A stretch of 64,000 bases of DNA from positions 855,161 through 919,160 of the forward strand of contig CP113000.1 of NCBI GenBank assembly GCA_026625185.1, written 5' to 3'. Positions 1-11,281 of the stretch are shown here, piece after piece (positions within the stretch are counted from its first letter, which is position 1; each line of letters starts with the position of its first letter). The notes under the pieces were generated by a model. It was given only the letters and a program-made list of their open reading frames with translations, made no database searches and was not told the DNA's origin. A program made the position numbers and the translations under genes. Source of the stretch: Thermodesulfobacteriota bacterium. Its GTDB lineage: Bacteria > Desulfobacterota > WTBG01 > JAGOGO01.

Positions 1-557
1 GCCCCGGTTGCCCCGAGCATCCAGTCACCATATGCGTAGTTGGAGAACAGGGGTGGTCTCTCGGGAAGTCCGGTTATATAGGTCAAACCTGACATATTCT
101 CCATGCCGGTCATATACATAATGGTATCTCTCATAGGACCGTAATGACCGAGCCCGCTCATGGAGACCATGATGATATCGGGTTTTATCTTTTTCAATTC
201 TTCGTAACCCAATCCCCATCCTTCCATAACCCTTGGAGAAAAATTCTCCATAACTGCATCGCTCACAGCCACAAGTTTTTTAAATATCTCCCTTCCCTTT
301 TCATTTGCAAGGTCCAAGGAAACCCCTTTTTTACCCGCATTCAAGATATGAAAATAACCACCTTGGTCCCATACCTTTTCTTGGGTAGGATTGTTTTCGG
401 GATAACTCATCATCCTTGTAAACATGTCGGGACGCTGCGGCGCCTCTATCTTTATAATCTCTGCCCCCATATCCGCGAGCAGTCTTGTGCCCATAGGTCC
501 TGCATACACCAATGTGAGATCAAGGATTCTTATGCCTTCCAAAAGTTTATATGCCAT
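1..557 (-). CDS. Family III CoA-transferase (CaiB/BaiF family), N-terminal part; the gene continues beyond the window edge
   Basis: The minus-strand reading from the ATG (complement of 555-557) gives MAYKLLEGIRILDLTLVYAGPMGTRLLADMGAEIIKIE, the classic family III CoA-transferase N-terminal motif. A GGAGGA ribosome-binding site lies 4 nt upstream. The frame is open to the window start. Confidence 0.7.
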   Translation of the reverse strand, partial: MAYKLLEGIRILDLTLVYAGPMGTRLLADMGAEIIKIEAPQRPDMFTRMMSYPENNPTQEKVWDQGGYFHILNAGKKGVSLDLANEKGREIFKKLVAVSDAVMENFSPRVMEGWGLGYEELKKIKPDIIMVSMSGLGHYGPMRDTIMYMTGMENMSGLTYITGLPERPPLFSNYAYGDWMLGATG

Positions 558-569
558 TTTTCCTCCTTC

Positions 570-1769
570 TCAGATAATCCTTTGCTCTTTGAGGATGGTC
601 AATTCTTGTTCCGTATAACCCATCGATTTGTAAACCACATCATTATGTTCCCCGAGCAGCGGCGACCTGCCCTTCTTCCCCGGTGTTTCGGAAAGCTTTG
701 CGGGCGCCCCAAAATATGTAACTTCGCCGAGGACAGGATGTTCAACCTTATTAAATGCCTCTCTCGCTTTTAACTGTTCATCCTCAAGGAGTTCACCGGG
801 CGATAGGGTCGGAGAGAAAGCGAGCCTCATCTTCTGAGCCTTTTTCATTACCTCCCACTTTTTATGTTCTTTAAAATATGGAATAAACAGCGCCTCGAAT
901 TTCTCAGGTTCTGCAAGGCGAGCCCCAGGTTTTGAAAATAAGGGGTCTTCTTTTAACTCAGGTTTTTCTATTAAATCCGCTATATCGGGGACCGCCCCGA
1001 TGCCCGGCAGGTTATTTATCCATCCATCCTTGCAAGGGTGGTTCTCCTGCGTCGGAAAACCGTGGATTCCCCAGGGAACAGTGGTTCTGGAAAAACCCAT
1101 ATAGGAATAGTCCGCAGCTATTCCTGCGAGGGTGCTGGCAACACACTCCAGTATGGAAAGATCGATCCATGTGCCTTTATCTGTCATAGCCCTGCTTAAC
1201 AGCGAGGCTATGATAGCGGTGGAGGCAACCAACCCGCTTCTGTATTCTGCCTGATGCCCTCCAAGCACACTGGGCATATCCTTTGGCCATCTGGTTTGGC
1301 GGGCGGTGAACATTGCCCCGCTTAGACCCTCGGCGATAAGGTTTGTTGCCCGGTAGTCTTTATAAGGGCCATCCTGACCAAACCAGGTGATGGAGGTCAT
1401 AATCAGCCTATCATTCAACCCCTTTAATGCTTCATAGGAACATCCCAATTTGTCCATTGCCCCCGGCGCAAAATCCTCTACCAGAACATCCGAGTTCTTC
1501 ACTAATTTCTTACATATCTCAACCCCTTTGGGATTTTTCAAGTTTAGGGTTATACTTTTTTTGTTAGTGTTTAAATAAAAGAATGCACCACTCTTTTCAG
1601 GGTGGATTTCATCCTTTAGAAAAGGCCTTTTGCTCCTAAGGTCAGAACCATTGAGCGCTTCAATTTTTATCACTTCAGCACCAAAATCCGCAAGGAGTTT
1701 TGTGCAATAAGAACCTGCAATTTCATCTGTAAAATCCAACACCTTAACTCCAGATAAAGCCTCACCCAT
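570..1769 (-). CDS. Family III CoA-transferase (CaiB/BaiF family), a paralog of the upstream gene
   Basis: The 399-aa product carries VKVLDFTDEIAGSYCTKLLADFGAEVIKIE. A GGAGG ribosome-binding site precedes it. It sits in tandem with a second family III gene. Confidence 0.85.
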   Translation of the reverse strand: MGEALSGVKVLDFTDEIAGSYCTKLLADFGAEVIKIEALNGSDLRSKRPFLKDEIHPEKSGAFFYLNTNKKSITLNLKNPKGVEICKKLVKNSDVLVEDFAPGAMDKLGCSYEALKGLNDRLIMTSITWFGQDGPYKDYRATNLIAEGLSGAMFTARQTRWPKDMPSVLGGHQAEYRSGLVASTAIIASLLSRAMTDKGTWIDLSILECVASTLAGIAADYSYMGFSRTTVPWGIHGFPTQENHPCKDGWINNLPGIGAVPDIADLIEKPELKEDPLFSKPGARLAEPEKFEALFIPYFKEHKKWEVMKKAQKMRLAFSPTLSPGELLEDEQLKAREAFNKVEHPVLGEVTYFGAPAKLSETPGKKGRSPLLGEHNDVVYKSMGYTEQELTILKEQRII

Positions 1770-1881
1770 TTTATTTACCTCCAGATATGATGGGTTCGTA
1801 AAAAGCCGAAAAAAAATTTCTACGAACCCATCAGATATAAATGTTTGACGGGGGAAAAATCCCCCCTCAAGGCGCTAATAT

Positions 1882-2334
1882 TTAAAACGCTACCTGGGCA
1901 ACTCCATCCATTACCTGGATTCCCTCTTGTTCTCCTTTAACCTGACAGACAACAATCTTTTTATCACCCTCGACCTTCTTTTCAGCTACTTTACCTGTAT
2001 AGATCACATCACCCCCGCCATGCACATGTATCTGAACCGGGGCTATGAGCCTTACATCCATCCTTCCTCCGAGAAACCAGGGTTTGTGATCACCGAGCCA
2101 GTTTATCACAAACTCTGAAACACCCATCTCTGTCATTACCCCCGGTAATGCAGTATGATCGGGTTTCATCTTCCAGTCAGATACAGCCGATGCCTGAGAT
2201 GGGTCCACATGCCAGTTTGGAACCGAGCCCACGATTGCCATTACAATATTTACGTTTTCCTGCATAAACCTTCTTGCGAAAGGGGTCATTTCATCCCCAA
2301 CTTTTATTTCATCAAAAGTCAATTGTTTTCCCAT
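1882..2334 (-). CDS. MaoC-like (R)-specific enoyl-CoA hydratase/dehydratase, hot-dog fold (C-terminal-type subunit)
   Basis: The 150-aa product has a hot-dog-fold MaoC pattern. A GGAGG ribosome-binding site precedes it. A partner hot-dog gene is adjacent. Confidence 0.7.
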   Translation of the reverse strand: MGKQLTFDEIKVGDEMTPFARRFMQENVNIVMAIVGSVPNWHVDPSQASAVSDWKMKPDHTALPGVMTEMGVSEFVINWLGDHKPWFLGGRMDVRLIAPVQIHVHGGGDVIYTGKVAEKKVEGDKKIVVCQVKGEQEGIQVMDGVAQVAF

Positions 2335-2354
2335 TTTTTACCTCCTTTAAGTTT

Positions 2355-2849
2355 TTAATACAAGGGACGAGGGCCTGATTTTGTGTTAGGCCAAGCACTC
2401 AGCCACTGTGAACTATGAATCTTACGGGCAACGAGCTCGCCCTTTCCATTATAGAGTTCAATGTTCCAGGAGGCAAATTTCTTTCCCTTCGATGATACAG
2501 TCAGGTCATGGACCTTTATCCTGCAGGTTATCATGTCTCCCGCAAAGATAGGCGCATGGAGCTCAAGTGTTGTTCTGTTATGCATGGTTGGAAATACAGG
2601 ATTGTTGTTAAGTGACCGCAATAATGCGGGTTCAAAATGCCAGACGTTTACAAAACCAGGATGGGCAATTATTGAGGGGAAACCTGCCTTCTGCGCAGCC
2701 TCCACATCGCTGTAAACCGGGTCATTACATCCGATAGCAGCGGCAAACATTTTAAGCTCAGTTTCGGTAACTGCCCAATATGAGGGAGGTGCTTCCCACC
2801 CAAGGAACAAATCTTCAAATCTCATTGTTGGAACTACTGCTTGTGGCAT
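2355..2849 (-). CDS. MaoC N-terminal-like hot-dog domain protein (second subunit of the split hydratase)
   Basis: The conserved part starts MPQAVVPTMRFEDL with a GGAGG ribosome-binding site 7 nt upstream. The longer 2912 start in the ORF track has no ribosome-binding site. Confidence 0.6.
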   Translation of the reverse strand: MPQAVVPTMRFEDLFLGWEAPPSYWAVTETELKMFAAAIGCNDPVYSDVEAAQKAGFPSIIAHPGFVNVWHFEPALLRSLNNNPVFPTMHNRTTLELHAPIFAGDMITCRIKVHDLTVSSKGKKFASWNIELYNGKGELVARKIHSSQWLSAWPNTKSGPRPLY

Positions 2850-3167
2850 TTTTACCTCCTTTTGATTTTTTTTCATTTTTTTCACTTGACATTGCCGCAT
2901 TTGGAAAAACAAAATGGGAATCTCAAGTACATACGATTTTAAAAAGAACTTCTTAGCTTAAAAATTACTTCCCTTCAAACCTACATAACTATCACCTCCT
3001 TAAGGGAACCTTCATAAACTTCTTGATTAATTATCATGTTCAAAAATCACTTGCAAGAAGTTTTTTTTAAGGTATTTGGTAATTAGGATTGCACCTAAAA
3101 ATTTCCAAACTCTTTGATATTACTTTGATATTATATATAGCAAGGAGTTGGAATTTTTTAAAAATTT

Positions 3168-4274
3168 TTAAAAATCAGGAGTCAAAACAATTCGTTTATC
3201 AGGGGAACCTGCATGATGAATTTCCTCAAAAACCTTGTTGATCATACTCATGGGTTTCACTTCCACAAATGATTCCATTTCAATGGTTTTATTCAAAACC
3301 ATTTCTAATGCTTTGGGGTAATACTTGGGCAGACAGCTCCAGGTTCCAATCATTTCGGCATCAAAAGCCATAAGTCGGGAGACCATATATTCAAGCTTTG
3401 CCGTGCCATAGCCGACGACAATCAGCTTTCCAATGAAAGAGAGAAATTCCAAACCAATTTCTTGCCCGGCCCGGGTTCCGGTACATTCAAAAATCTTCCA
3501 CCCAAAGTTGGAAGGATATTTATTATCTTTACAAGTTGTCTTAAACGCCTCCCTCAAGTCCTTGACACTTTTACCCTTTGAATTAATCACCTGGGTGGCT
3601 CCGAACTTAAGAGCCCTTTGAAGCTTTTCCTCCACAATGTCTATACCCACAACTGCACTGGCCCCAAATGCTTTGCACATTTGTGTCATATAACATCCTA
3701 TCCCACCACCAGCTCCAATCACCACGCATAGGTCTCCTTTCTTGACGTCAGCTCTCACTGCAGCCTGGTAGGGGGTTGAAATGGCATCAGCCACCACCGC
3801 TAAATGCTCCAAAGGTATACTCCCCCGATTGCTTACCTCACACAAGTCATCAGCAGGAACCACAATGTGGCTGGAAAATCCCCCGTATATGCCGAGGCTG
3901 TTTCCCGGCATTTTCTGGTTAAGACATCGGTTATTTCGCCCCGCCGCACAAATGGGGCAATTATTACAAGGCATCACTGCAGGGATAATGACCTCTTTCC
4001 CAATCATGTTTTCTTTTCCCGCGATGACCTTCCCGCTGATTTCATGACCCAAGGTAAGGGGAGGTTTTTGCAACGTAGGGACAAAATCGTAAAAATACCC
4101 TAAATCAGTGTGACAAACCCCACAACCGGCAACCTCCACGAGAACCTCCCCGGGATTTAAAGGAGGCATATCAATAGTTTTGCGTTCTATTTTCCCTGGG
4201 GTTACCTTCTCTCCTTCTTTTGTCCAGGGTTGCACCATCTGCCAAGTTTCGATTTTGTTTGGTATCGTTCCCAT
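3168..4274 (-). CDS. Zn-dependent alcohol dehydrogenase (MDR family)
   Basis: The product has the GCGVCHTDL zinc-site motif and a GxGxxG NAD-binding fold. A GGAGG ribosome-binding site precedes it. Confidence 0.8.
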   Translation of the reverse strand: MGTIPNKIETWQMVQPWTKEGEKVTPGKIERKTIDMPPLNPGEVLVEVAGCGVCHTDLGYFYDFVPTLQKPPLTLGHEISGKVIAGKENMIGKEVIIPAVMPCNNCPICAAGRNNRCLNQKMPGNSLGIYGGFSSHIVVPADDLCEVSNRGSIPLEHLAVVADAISTPYQAAVRADVKKGDLCVVIGAGGGIGCYMTQMCKAFGASAVVGIDIVEEKLQRALKFGATQVINSKGKSVKDLREAFKTTCKDNKYPSNFGWKIFECTGTRAGQEIGLEFLSFIGKLIVVGYGTAKLEYMVSRLMAFDAEMIGTWSCLPKYYPKALEMVLNKTIEMESFVEVKPMSMINKVFEEIHHAGSPDKRIVLTPDF

Positions 4275-4334
4275 GTTTAAACCTCCTTTAAAAAATTATT
4301 TTAAACTCATTTCATCTATGAAAAAAAACGATCT

Positions 4335-4796
4335 TTACGTATTAAGGCTCTTCTCCAGATTTATAAAGTTACTTCGATCAAAACCGAGTGTCTTAAAAAA
4401 GGATAAAAGGTCAGTAGCATCCCACCTAACTGTGGTGTAGATATTTTTGATCCCTTTTTCAACACAAACCTTGTATATTTCCTGGGCAAGTTTTTTCCCG
4501 ATTCCCTGACCCATGAATTCAGGATCAACCCCGAATAGCACGATCCATGCACTTTTATTCAGAAGTCCATAACCACCCGAAATGATATCGCTTATCATAA
4601 ATCCAACTACCTTACCTTCTAATTCAGCCACAAAACTGACGTCTTCTTCCCTTTCTGCCTGTTCTTCAAGTACTTGCATACAATTAATGCTGGCTTTGGT
4701 TTTGGTAATGGCGGCAAAAATCCTGCTTACATCTTTCGCATCTCCTTTTTCTAATTTTCTTATCAGCAGAGCATTCATGGTCAATCCTTTCATCAA
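4335..4796 (-). CDS. GNAT family N-acetyltransferase
   Basis: The 153-aa product has the GQGIGKKL acetyl-CoA binding motif. Confidence 0.7.
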   Translation of the reverse strand: MMKGLTMNALLIRKLEKGDAKDVSRIFAAITKTKASINCMQVLEEQAEREEDVSFVAELEGKVVGFMISDIISGGYGLLNKSAWIVLFGVDPEFMGQGIGKKLAQEIYKVCVEKGIKNIYTTVRWDATDLLSFFKTLGFDRSNFINLEKSLNT

Positions 4797-4807
4797 CTTA
4801 TAGGCGA

Positions 4808-4996
4808 TTAATTAATTTTAATTATTTTCACTATTCGCCCAACCCAATCCGGGGGGAGGTAAACTCTGCCGCTGTTACCACTGTACTTGACCTCCTTCTC
4901 AATCATCTCTTCACCATAAACCTCAAACTTAACCTTTGGGGGATGTTCCCTCAAAACAAAATCTTTATCTTCAGTTTTTTTATTTTCGTCCGGCAT
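4808..4996 (-). CDS. Small conserved protein (DUF2080-like, 62 aa)
   Basis: The motif SGNSGRVYLPPDWVGRIVKI resembles small DUF2080-type proteins. There is no clear Shine-Dalgarno sequence. Confidence 0.35.
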   Translation of the reverse strand: MPDENKKTEDKDFVLREHPPKVKFEVYGEEMIEKEVKYSGNSGRVYLPPDWVGRIVKIIKIN

Positions 4997-5518
4997 GTTA
5001 AAAATACGGAAAACACTATGAGTTAAAATTTTTTCGAATCCCTAATGTTTAAATTAAAGCTATAATATAGCTACAAAAATAATTTGTCAAGCTTTTATTT
5101 TATTTTCATTAGAGTTGCCCATTTCAATATATTGAACGAAAAATTCATTCAGGATGAGGATTTTTCATGACGATGGCCACCGGTATACCGTAAATGAACT
5201 GTCTCCCGATGCTCTTTTTTTGAACCTTGGACTCAAAATTATCCCTACCTGGAAAATCAATGTTTGGTAACTTCTAGTTTTGAGTCAATGATCCTTTTTA
5301 TTCACCTCCTCTGGTAACATTTAATGTGAGATGATTCGGCCTTTTTTTGCTACGCGTTTTCGTTTTATGAAAATATTATTATATCGTTACGTTCCAAAAT
5401 AACCTAAAATTTTTAGAGAGATCCATTTAAATTATTCGCTTTTTAGACATCGTTGGTGTGTTTTTAAAACCAAGTTTCGGTTTTGATTAATTTGCAAATG
5501 ACATTTTGTAAATTTTTC

Positions 5519-5547
5519 TTGACAAAAGATATTGTTATAGTTATAGA
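5519..5547 (+). promoter_or_regulatory. Sigma70-like promoter (TTGACA, 17 nt spacer, TATAGA) that would give rho a roughly 370-nt leader
   Basis: The -35 hexamer is a consensus match, the spacing is 17 nt and the -10 is near consensus. Long rho leaders are typical. Confidence 0.3.
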
Positions 5548-5916
5548 TTAAAACCACTGAGGTTAACCCGCCAACGAAGATAATCTCTGTATATAATGTT
5601 TTCAAATAAAAAGGCCTATCTTTTGAGTGATCCAAAGAATTTGGATTTCGAAAAAGGAGATTTAAAAATTCCTTAAATAGGAGCATAGCTTTATTCTTCC
5701 TTGTATGAGGCCAAGGCTAAAAAAAAAATCCAAGCCAAAATTTTTATCTCACAAAAAAAATAGACCATCCTTTTGTTAATCAATCAGAATCTCGAAGAGT
5801 TTTTTCGAATGGATAGTGTGTCTTCTTTTATCCCAAAAAATAACTTAGCAAAACCGTAAACAATGCAGAGCGCGTAAAGTTTTTCTTTATAACTCTCAAT
5901 AGAAAAGGTCTAAAAA

Positions 5917-7164
<1,248 letters not shown>

Positions 7165-7528
7165 ACTTTAATTGAGAGAAAACTTTTCATACGATGTCAC
7201 GAAAAGTCGTAGTGATTAACGGTTCGAGAGGCCTTAATAACCATTCTCACAATCCCCCTCATTCCCCCTTAATTAAAGGGGAAGGTAAAAGAAAATCTCC
7301 CCTTTAGCAAAGGGGAGTCAGGGCCTGTCCTGGTGCGACTTGACTGGCATAATACGGTAACCTAACAAATTACCACTATTTGGCCAGCTAATCTCGCGCT
7401 TCAGAAACCCAGGTCTGGGCCAGGGGGGATTTGTAATATATTTTGGCTCGAATTAAAGTAAAATAAATACTGTAGATACTGCTTTTGAAAAAAGCACTGA
7501 AGAGACCCTTGAAAAATGGAGGCAAAAA

Positions 7529-7771
7529 ATGAAAAAGGATATCCATCCCCAATATTTTGATACCACGGTAACCTGCGCGTGTGGGAATGTTATCAAAACT
7601 CGCTCCACGCTTAAAGACATCAAGGTTGAAGTCTGTTCTGCGTGTCATAGCTTCTTTACCGGCCAGCAAAAGTTTATTGATGCGGCCGGCCGCGTGGAAA
7701 AATTTCAACGAAAGTACGGCAAAAAAGCAACACCACCTTCGACCGTAAGAAAAAAGAGTAAAGAGGAATAA
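7529..7771 (+). CDS. rpmE: 50S ribosomal protein L31 (Zn-ribbon type)
   Basis: The product starts [10 protein letters not shown] and has the CxCG...CSxCH motif. Confidence 0.9.
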   Translation: MKKDIHPQYFDTTVTCACGNVIKTRSTLKDIKVEVCSACHSFFTGQQKFIDAAGRVEKFQRKYGKKATPPSTVRKKSKEE

Positions 7772-7827
7772 AAGTAATTTGGGGCGAAATCCCAAAATAC
7801 GCCTGCTCAAATGTGTAATGTGGAATA

Positions 7828-8904
7828 ATGATGTTTCAAAAACTGGAATCAGTTGAAAACCATTACAATGCCCTGGCTCAGCGGTTAAGCGATCCGAAGA
7901 CTTTAGACAATAAGGAAGAATACCGAAAGCTCTCCCAGGAGTATGCCGAACTTACCACGCTTATTGAAGTCTACCGAGAATATAGAAAAATCGAACAGGA
8001 AATAGAAGAAAATCAGAATTTATTACAGGATGATGACAAGGAGATTCAGGAACTCGCCAAAGCCGAAATTTATGTTCTAAAAGAGAAACGGCAGGAGATG
8101 GAGTCATCGCTTAAGGCTCTTCTTTTGCCGAAAGATCCTCTTGACAAAAAAAATATTATCTTAGAAATCCGCGCCGGCACGGGTGGTGAGGAAGCCGCGC
8201 TTTTTGCTTCCGTCCTTTTTCGAATGTATTGCCGTTTTGCCGAAGCTAAGGGCTGGCGAGTAGAAATAATGAGCTCTAATGCTACCGGATTGGGAGGATT
8301 TAAGGAAGTAATTGCGCTCATTGAGGGGCAGAAGGTTTACAGTCATTTAAAATATGAAAGCGGGGTCCACCGAGTCCAGCGGGTCCCTGCCACTGAATCA
8401 CAAGGACGCATTCATACCTCAGCGGTTACCGTGGCTGTTCTCCCGGAAGCTGAGGATGTGGATATTCAGATTGACCCTAATGCCTTGAGGATCGATGTGT
8501 TCCGTTCTTCCGGTCCCGGAGGGCAAAGCGTCAACACAACTGATTCCGCTGTCCGGGTAACTCACATTCCGACCGGCTTAGTGGTAACCTGTCAAGATGA
8601 AAAATCTCAACATAAAAACAAAGCAAAAGCCTTGAAAGTGCTCCGGGCACGTCTTTTGGATCTGGCGATTACTGAACAAAAAAATGAAATGTCCCAGACG
8701 AGAAAGACTCAGGTTGGCTCAGGAGATCGAAGCGAGCGGATCCGTACGTATAATTTCCCCCAAAGCCGGGTTACCGATCACCGCATTGGCCTTACCCTTT
8801 ATAAGCTCGAATTTATTTTAGAGGGAAATCTCACTGAGCTCATCAACCCTCTTCAAGCGTATTTTCAAAGTGAAGCTCTGAAGATGGGAGGTGTGAAAAA
8901 TTAA
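7828..8904 (+). CDS. prfA: Peptide chain release factor 1
   Basis: The product carries the GGQ and PAT motifs. Confidence 0.95.
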   Translation: MMFQKLESVENHYNALAQRLSDPKTLDNKEEYRKLSQEYAELTTLIEVYREYRKIEQEIEENQNLLQDDDKEIQELAKAEIYVLKEKRQEMESSLKALLLPKDPLDKKNIILEIRAGTGGEEAALFASVLFRMYCRFAEAKGWRVEIMSSNATGLGGFKEVIALIEGQKVYSHLKYESGVHRVQRVPATESQGRIHTSAVTVAVLPEAEDVDIQIDPNALRIDVFRSSGPGGQSVNTTDSAVRVTHIPTGLVVTCQDEKSQHKNKAKALKVLRARLLDLAITEQKNEMSQTRKTQVGSGDRSERIRTYNFPQSRVTDHRIGLTLYKLEFILEGNLTELINPLQAYFQSEALKMGGVKN

Positions 8905-9775
8905 TCAACATCCCCGCAATCCCCTTACCATTTCTTACCTCTTAAATCACGCGACCGAAATATTATCTCAACTTCAACTCCCAACTCCCCGATTGGATGC
9001 GGAAGTTTTACTGGCCCAGGTGCTTCAAACTGATCGTAAGGGCTTATTCCTTTCCTATGCCGATATAGTTCCTAAAGAACAGCAAGAAACGTTTCAAAAT
9101 TTACTATCTCGGAGGATTAAAGGAGAACCGGTCTCATATATTATTGGGAGAAAAGAGTTTTGGTCTTTAACGTTTAAGGTTAATCCAGCGGTTATGATTC
9201 CGCGGCCGGAAACTGAGACCCTTATTGAAGAGACTCTCAAAATTTTCTCTACTCAGTCATCTCCCTCTATTTTAGAGATCGGGACCGGAAGCGGCGCAAT
9301 CTCAATTGCCTTAGCTACTGAACTTTCCCAGGCATCAATTATTGCCATTGACATCTCTCCGGAAGCGCTTTCCGCAGCAGAGGAGAATGCTTTTTCGCAT
9401 GGCGTGCGCTCCATACGGTTCATTAAGGGAAACCTTTTTGAGCCATTAGATGGGGAAAACAAAATATTCGATCTCATTATTTCCAATCCCCCGTATATTC
9501 CCACCGATGCAATCCCTCACTTACCTCCGGGAATCCGCAATTATGAACCCCTCATTGCTTTTGATGGAGGGGCCGATGGGTTAGAAGTATATCGAAAGAT
9601 TATCCGAGAAGCTCATAACCACCTTAAGAACGGCGGTCATCTGCTATTAGAAGTTGGAAGAGGTCAATATCCAGTAGTTTCGGAGATAATTTCCGAAAAC
9701 AAAAAATTTTCTCTCCCTGAAATCATAAATGACCTCTCCGGTATTGAACGGGTGGTTAAGACATATCGGATTTAG
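8900..9775 (+). CDS. prmC: Release factor glutamine N5-methyltransferase PrmC (HemK); the start is probably an ATT at 8900 that overlaps the prfA stop, and the first canonical start is TTG at 8993
   Basis: The product has the NPPY motif. The frame is open from 8897 and the upstream 31 codons ([35 protein letters not shown]) match the conserved HemK N-terminus. That stretch contains no ATG, GTG or TTG. Confidence 0.8.
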   Translation: MNQHPRNPLTISYLLNHATEILSQLQLPTPRLDAEVLLAQVLQTDRKGLFLSYADIVPKEQQETFQNLLSRRIKGEPVSYIIGRKEFWSLTFKVNPAVMIPRPETETLIEETLKIFSTQSSPSILEIGTGSGAISIALATELSQASIIAIDISPEALSAAEENAFSHGVRSIRFIKGNLFEPLDGENKIFDLIISNPPYIPTDAIPHLPPGIRNYEPLIAFDGGADGLEVYRKIIREAHNHLKNGGHLLLEVGRGQYPVVSEIISENKKFSLPEIINDLSGIERVVKTYRI

Positions 9776-9853
9776 AGATACAGGTTCATTTCAAACAACC
9801 TGAAAAACCTTCCAAAAACGCAACCGATTAATGGTGTCGCTTGCCTTAAAAAA

Positions 9854-11179
9854 TTACCTTACCAGAAGCACGATCATATCCATAACATTGGTCTTAGTTG
9901 GCCCGGTGATGATGAGGTCATTAAGCTCTTTAAAAAAATGGAAGGAGTCATTATTATCAAGGTAATGGTAAGGGTCAAGGCCTAATTTTTGAGCCCGTTC
10001 CACCATCTTCCAATCCGCGAAAGCACCAGCAGCTTCAGTCGGCCCGTCAGTGCCGTCAGTTCCCGCGCTAAAGACCGCCGCTCCTTTCCATCCCGCTATT
10101 TCAATACCACCGGCGAGGGTAAACTCCTGGTTTCTTCCTCCTTTGCCCCTACCCCGAATCGTTACGGTTGTTTCACCGCCGGAAATAATGCATGCCGGAC
10201 GGGAAATTGGCCTCCCAGACGTTATGACTTCTTTTAAGATTGCGGCGTGCGTTTTTGCTGCTTCGCTTGCCTCCCCTTCTACAAAAGAGGAGAGAAGTAG
10301 AGTGTTATAACCCAATGTTTTTGCCTTTTTTTCAGCGGCTTCTAAGCATTGGCTATTGATTCCGACGATCAAATAAATACTTTTTTTAAAAATACCATCC
10401 CTTGGTTTGGGGGTCTCTGGTGCTTTGCCACTCGCCCCCATAAGGATGTGCTTTCGAACCGCACGAGGAATAATCGGGAGGAGATGGTATCGCTCAAGTA
10501 TTTTTTTGCATTCGAGAAACGTACTGGTATCAGCAACCGTAGGCCCAGAAGCAATTATCCCAAGGTCGCTTCCAATGACATCCGAAACAAGCAAAGAAAT
10601 CAGGGTGGCCGGATATACGGCTCGCGCCAAACCACCTCCTTTAATTTGGGAAAGGTGCTTTCTTATCCGGTTAATTTCATGAATAGAAGCGCCGCAACCT
10701 AAGAGCGCCTTGGTGGTGTCCTGTTTTTCTTTCAAGCTTATTCCGACAACGGGCAAAGGAAGTAGCGCTGACCCCCCGCCGGATAGCGCACAAAAAACAA
10801 GGTCATTTTTGCCTAGCGTCGTGGCGAGATTCATTAAGACCTGAGCACCCTGAAGACCATTTTCATCAGGAACCGGATGCCCGGCTTCCACAACTTTTAT
10901 TTTTTTTAAAGCAGCCCCATAGCCATATTTAACTATTACCAGTCCGCCATTTAGTCTATCCCCCAGTATTTCTTCTAATGCCAGCGCCATATAGGCACTG
11001 GCTTTCCCGGCTCCGATAACATAGATGTTTTTAAAAGCAGATAGATTAAAGGTGTGGTTGGGGAGATGGAGAAAATCACCTTCAACCTTTAAATAATGCT
11101 TGACTGCTTTATAAGGTTCAACAGCCTTTACCCCAGCTTTAAAAATAGTTAAGCAATCTTTTTTTAAACTTTTTTTCAT
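9854..11179 (-). CDS. Glycerate kinase (MOFRL / glycerate 2-kinase family)
   Basis: The 441-aa product has the MOFRL-family architecture. Confidence 0.75.
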   Translation of the reverse strand: MKKSLKKDCLTIFKAGVKAVEPYKAVKHYLKVEGDFLHLPNHTFNLSAFKNIYVIGAGKASAYMALALEEILGDRLNGGLVIVKYGYGAALKKIKVVEAGHPVPDENGLQGAQVLMNLATTLGKNDLVFCALSGGGSALLPLPVVGISLKEKQDTTKALLGCGASIHEINRIRKHLSQIKGGGLARAVYPATLISLLVSDVIGSDLGIIASGPTVADTSTFLECKKILERYHLLPIIPRAVRKHILMGASGKAPETPKPRDGIFKKSIYLIVGINSQCLEAAEKKAKTLGYNTLLLSSFVEGEASEAAKTHAAILKEVITSGRPISRPACIISGGETTVTIRGRGKGGRNQEFTLAGGIEIAGWKGAAVFSAGTDGTDGPTEAAGAFADWKMVERAQKLGLDPYHYLDNNDSFHFFKELNDLIITGPTKTNVMDMIVLLVR

Positions 11180-11281
11180 AATTCATTACTTGTGTTGTTG
11201 TAATTTTAGCTTGCTTATTGACTAAAAGGTTATTCATTAGTATATCATAATAAAGAAAAAACAAAAAAAGGAGGAAATACT

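Noticed and set aside
5157-5183. 8-codon mini-ORF (MTMATGIP) in the rho leader as an attenuator peptide
   Set aside because: There is no following terminator/antiterminator pair and no ribosome-binding site. Rho leaders are generally regulated by Rho itself.
7265-7317. Two tandem GC hairpins after rho (CCCCTTaattAAGGGG and CTCCCCTTtagcAAGGGGAG) as intrinsic terminators
   Set aside because: They are strong stems, but no U-tract follows on either strand. They are listed only as possible structural or REP-like elements.
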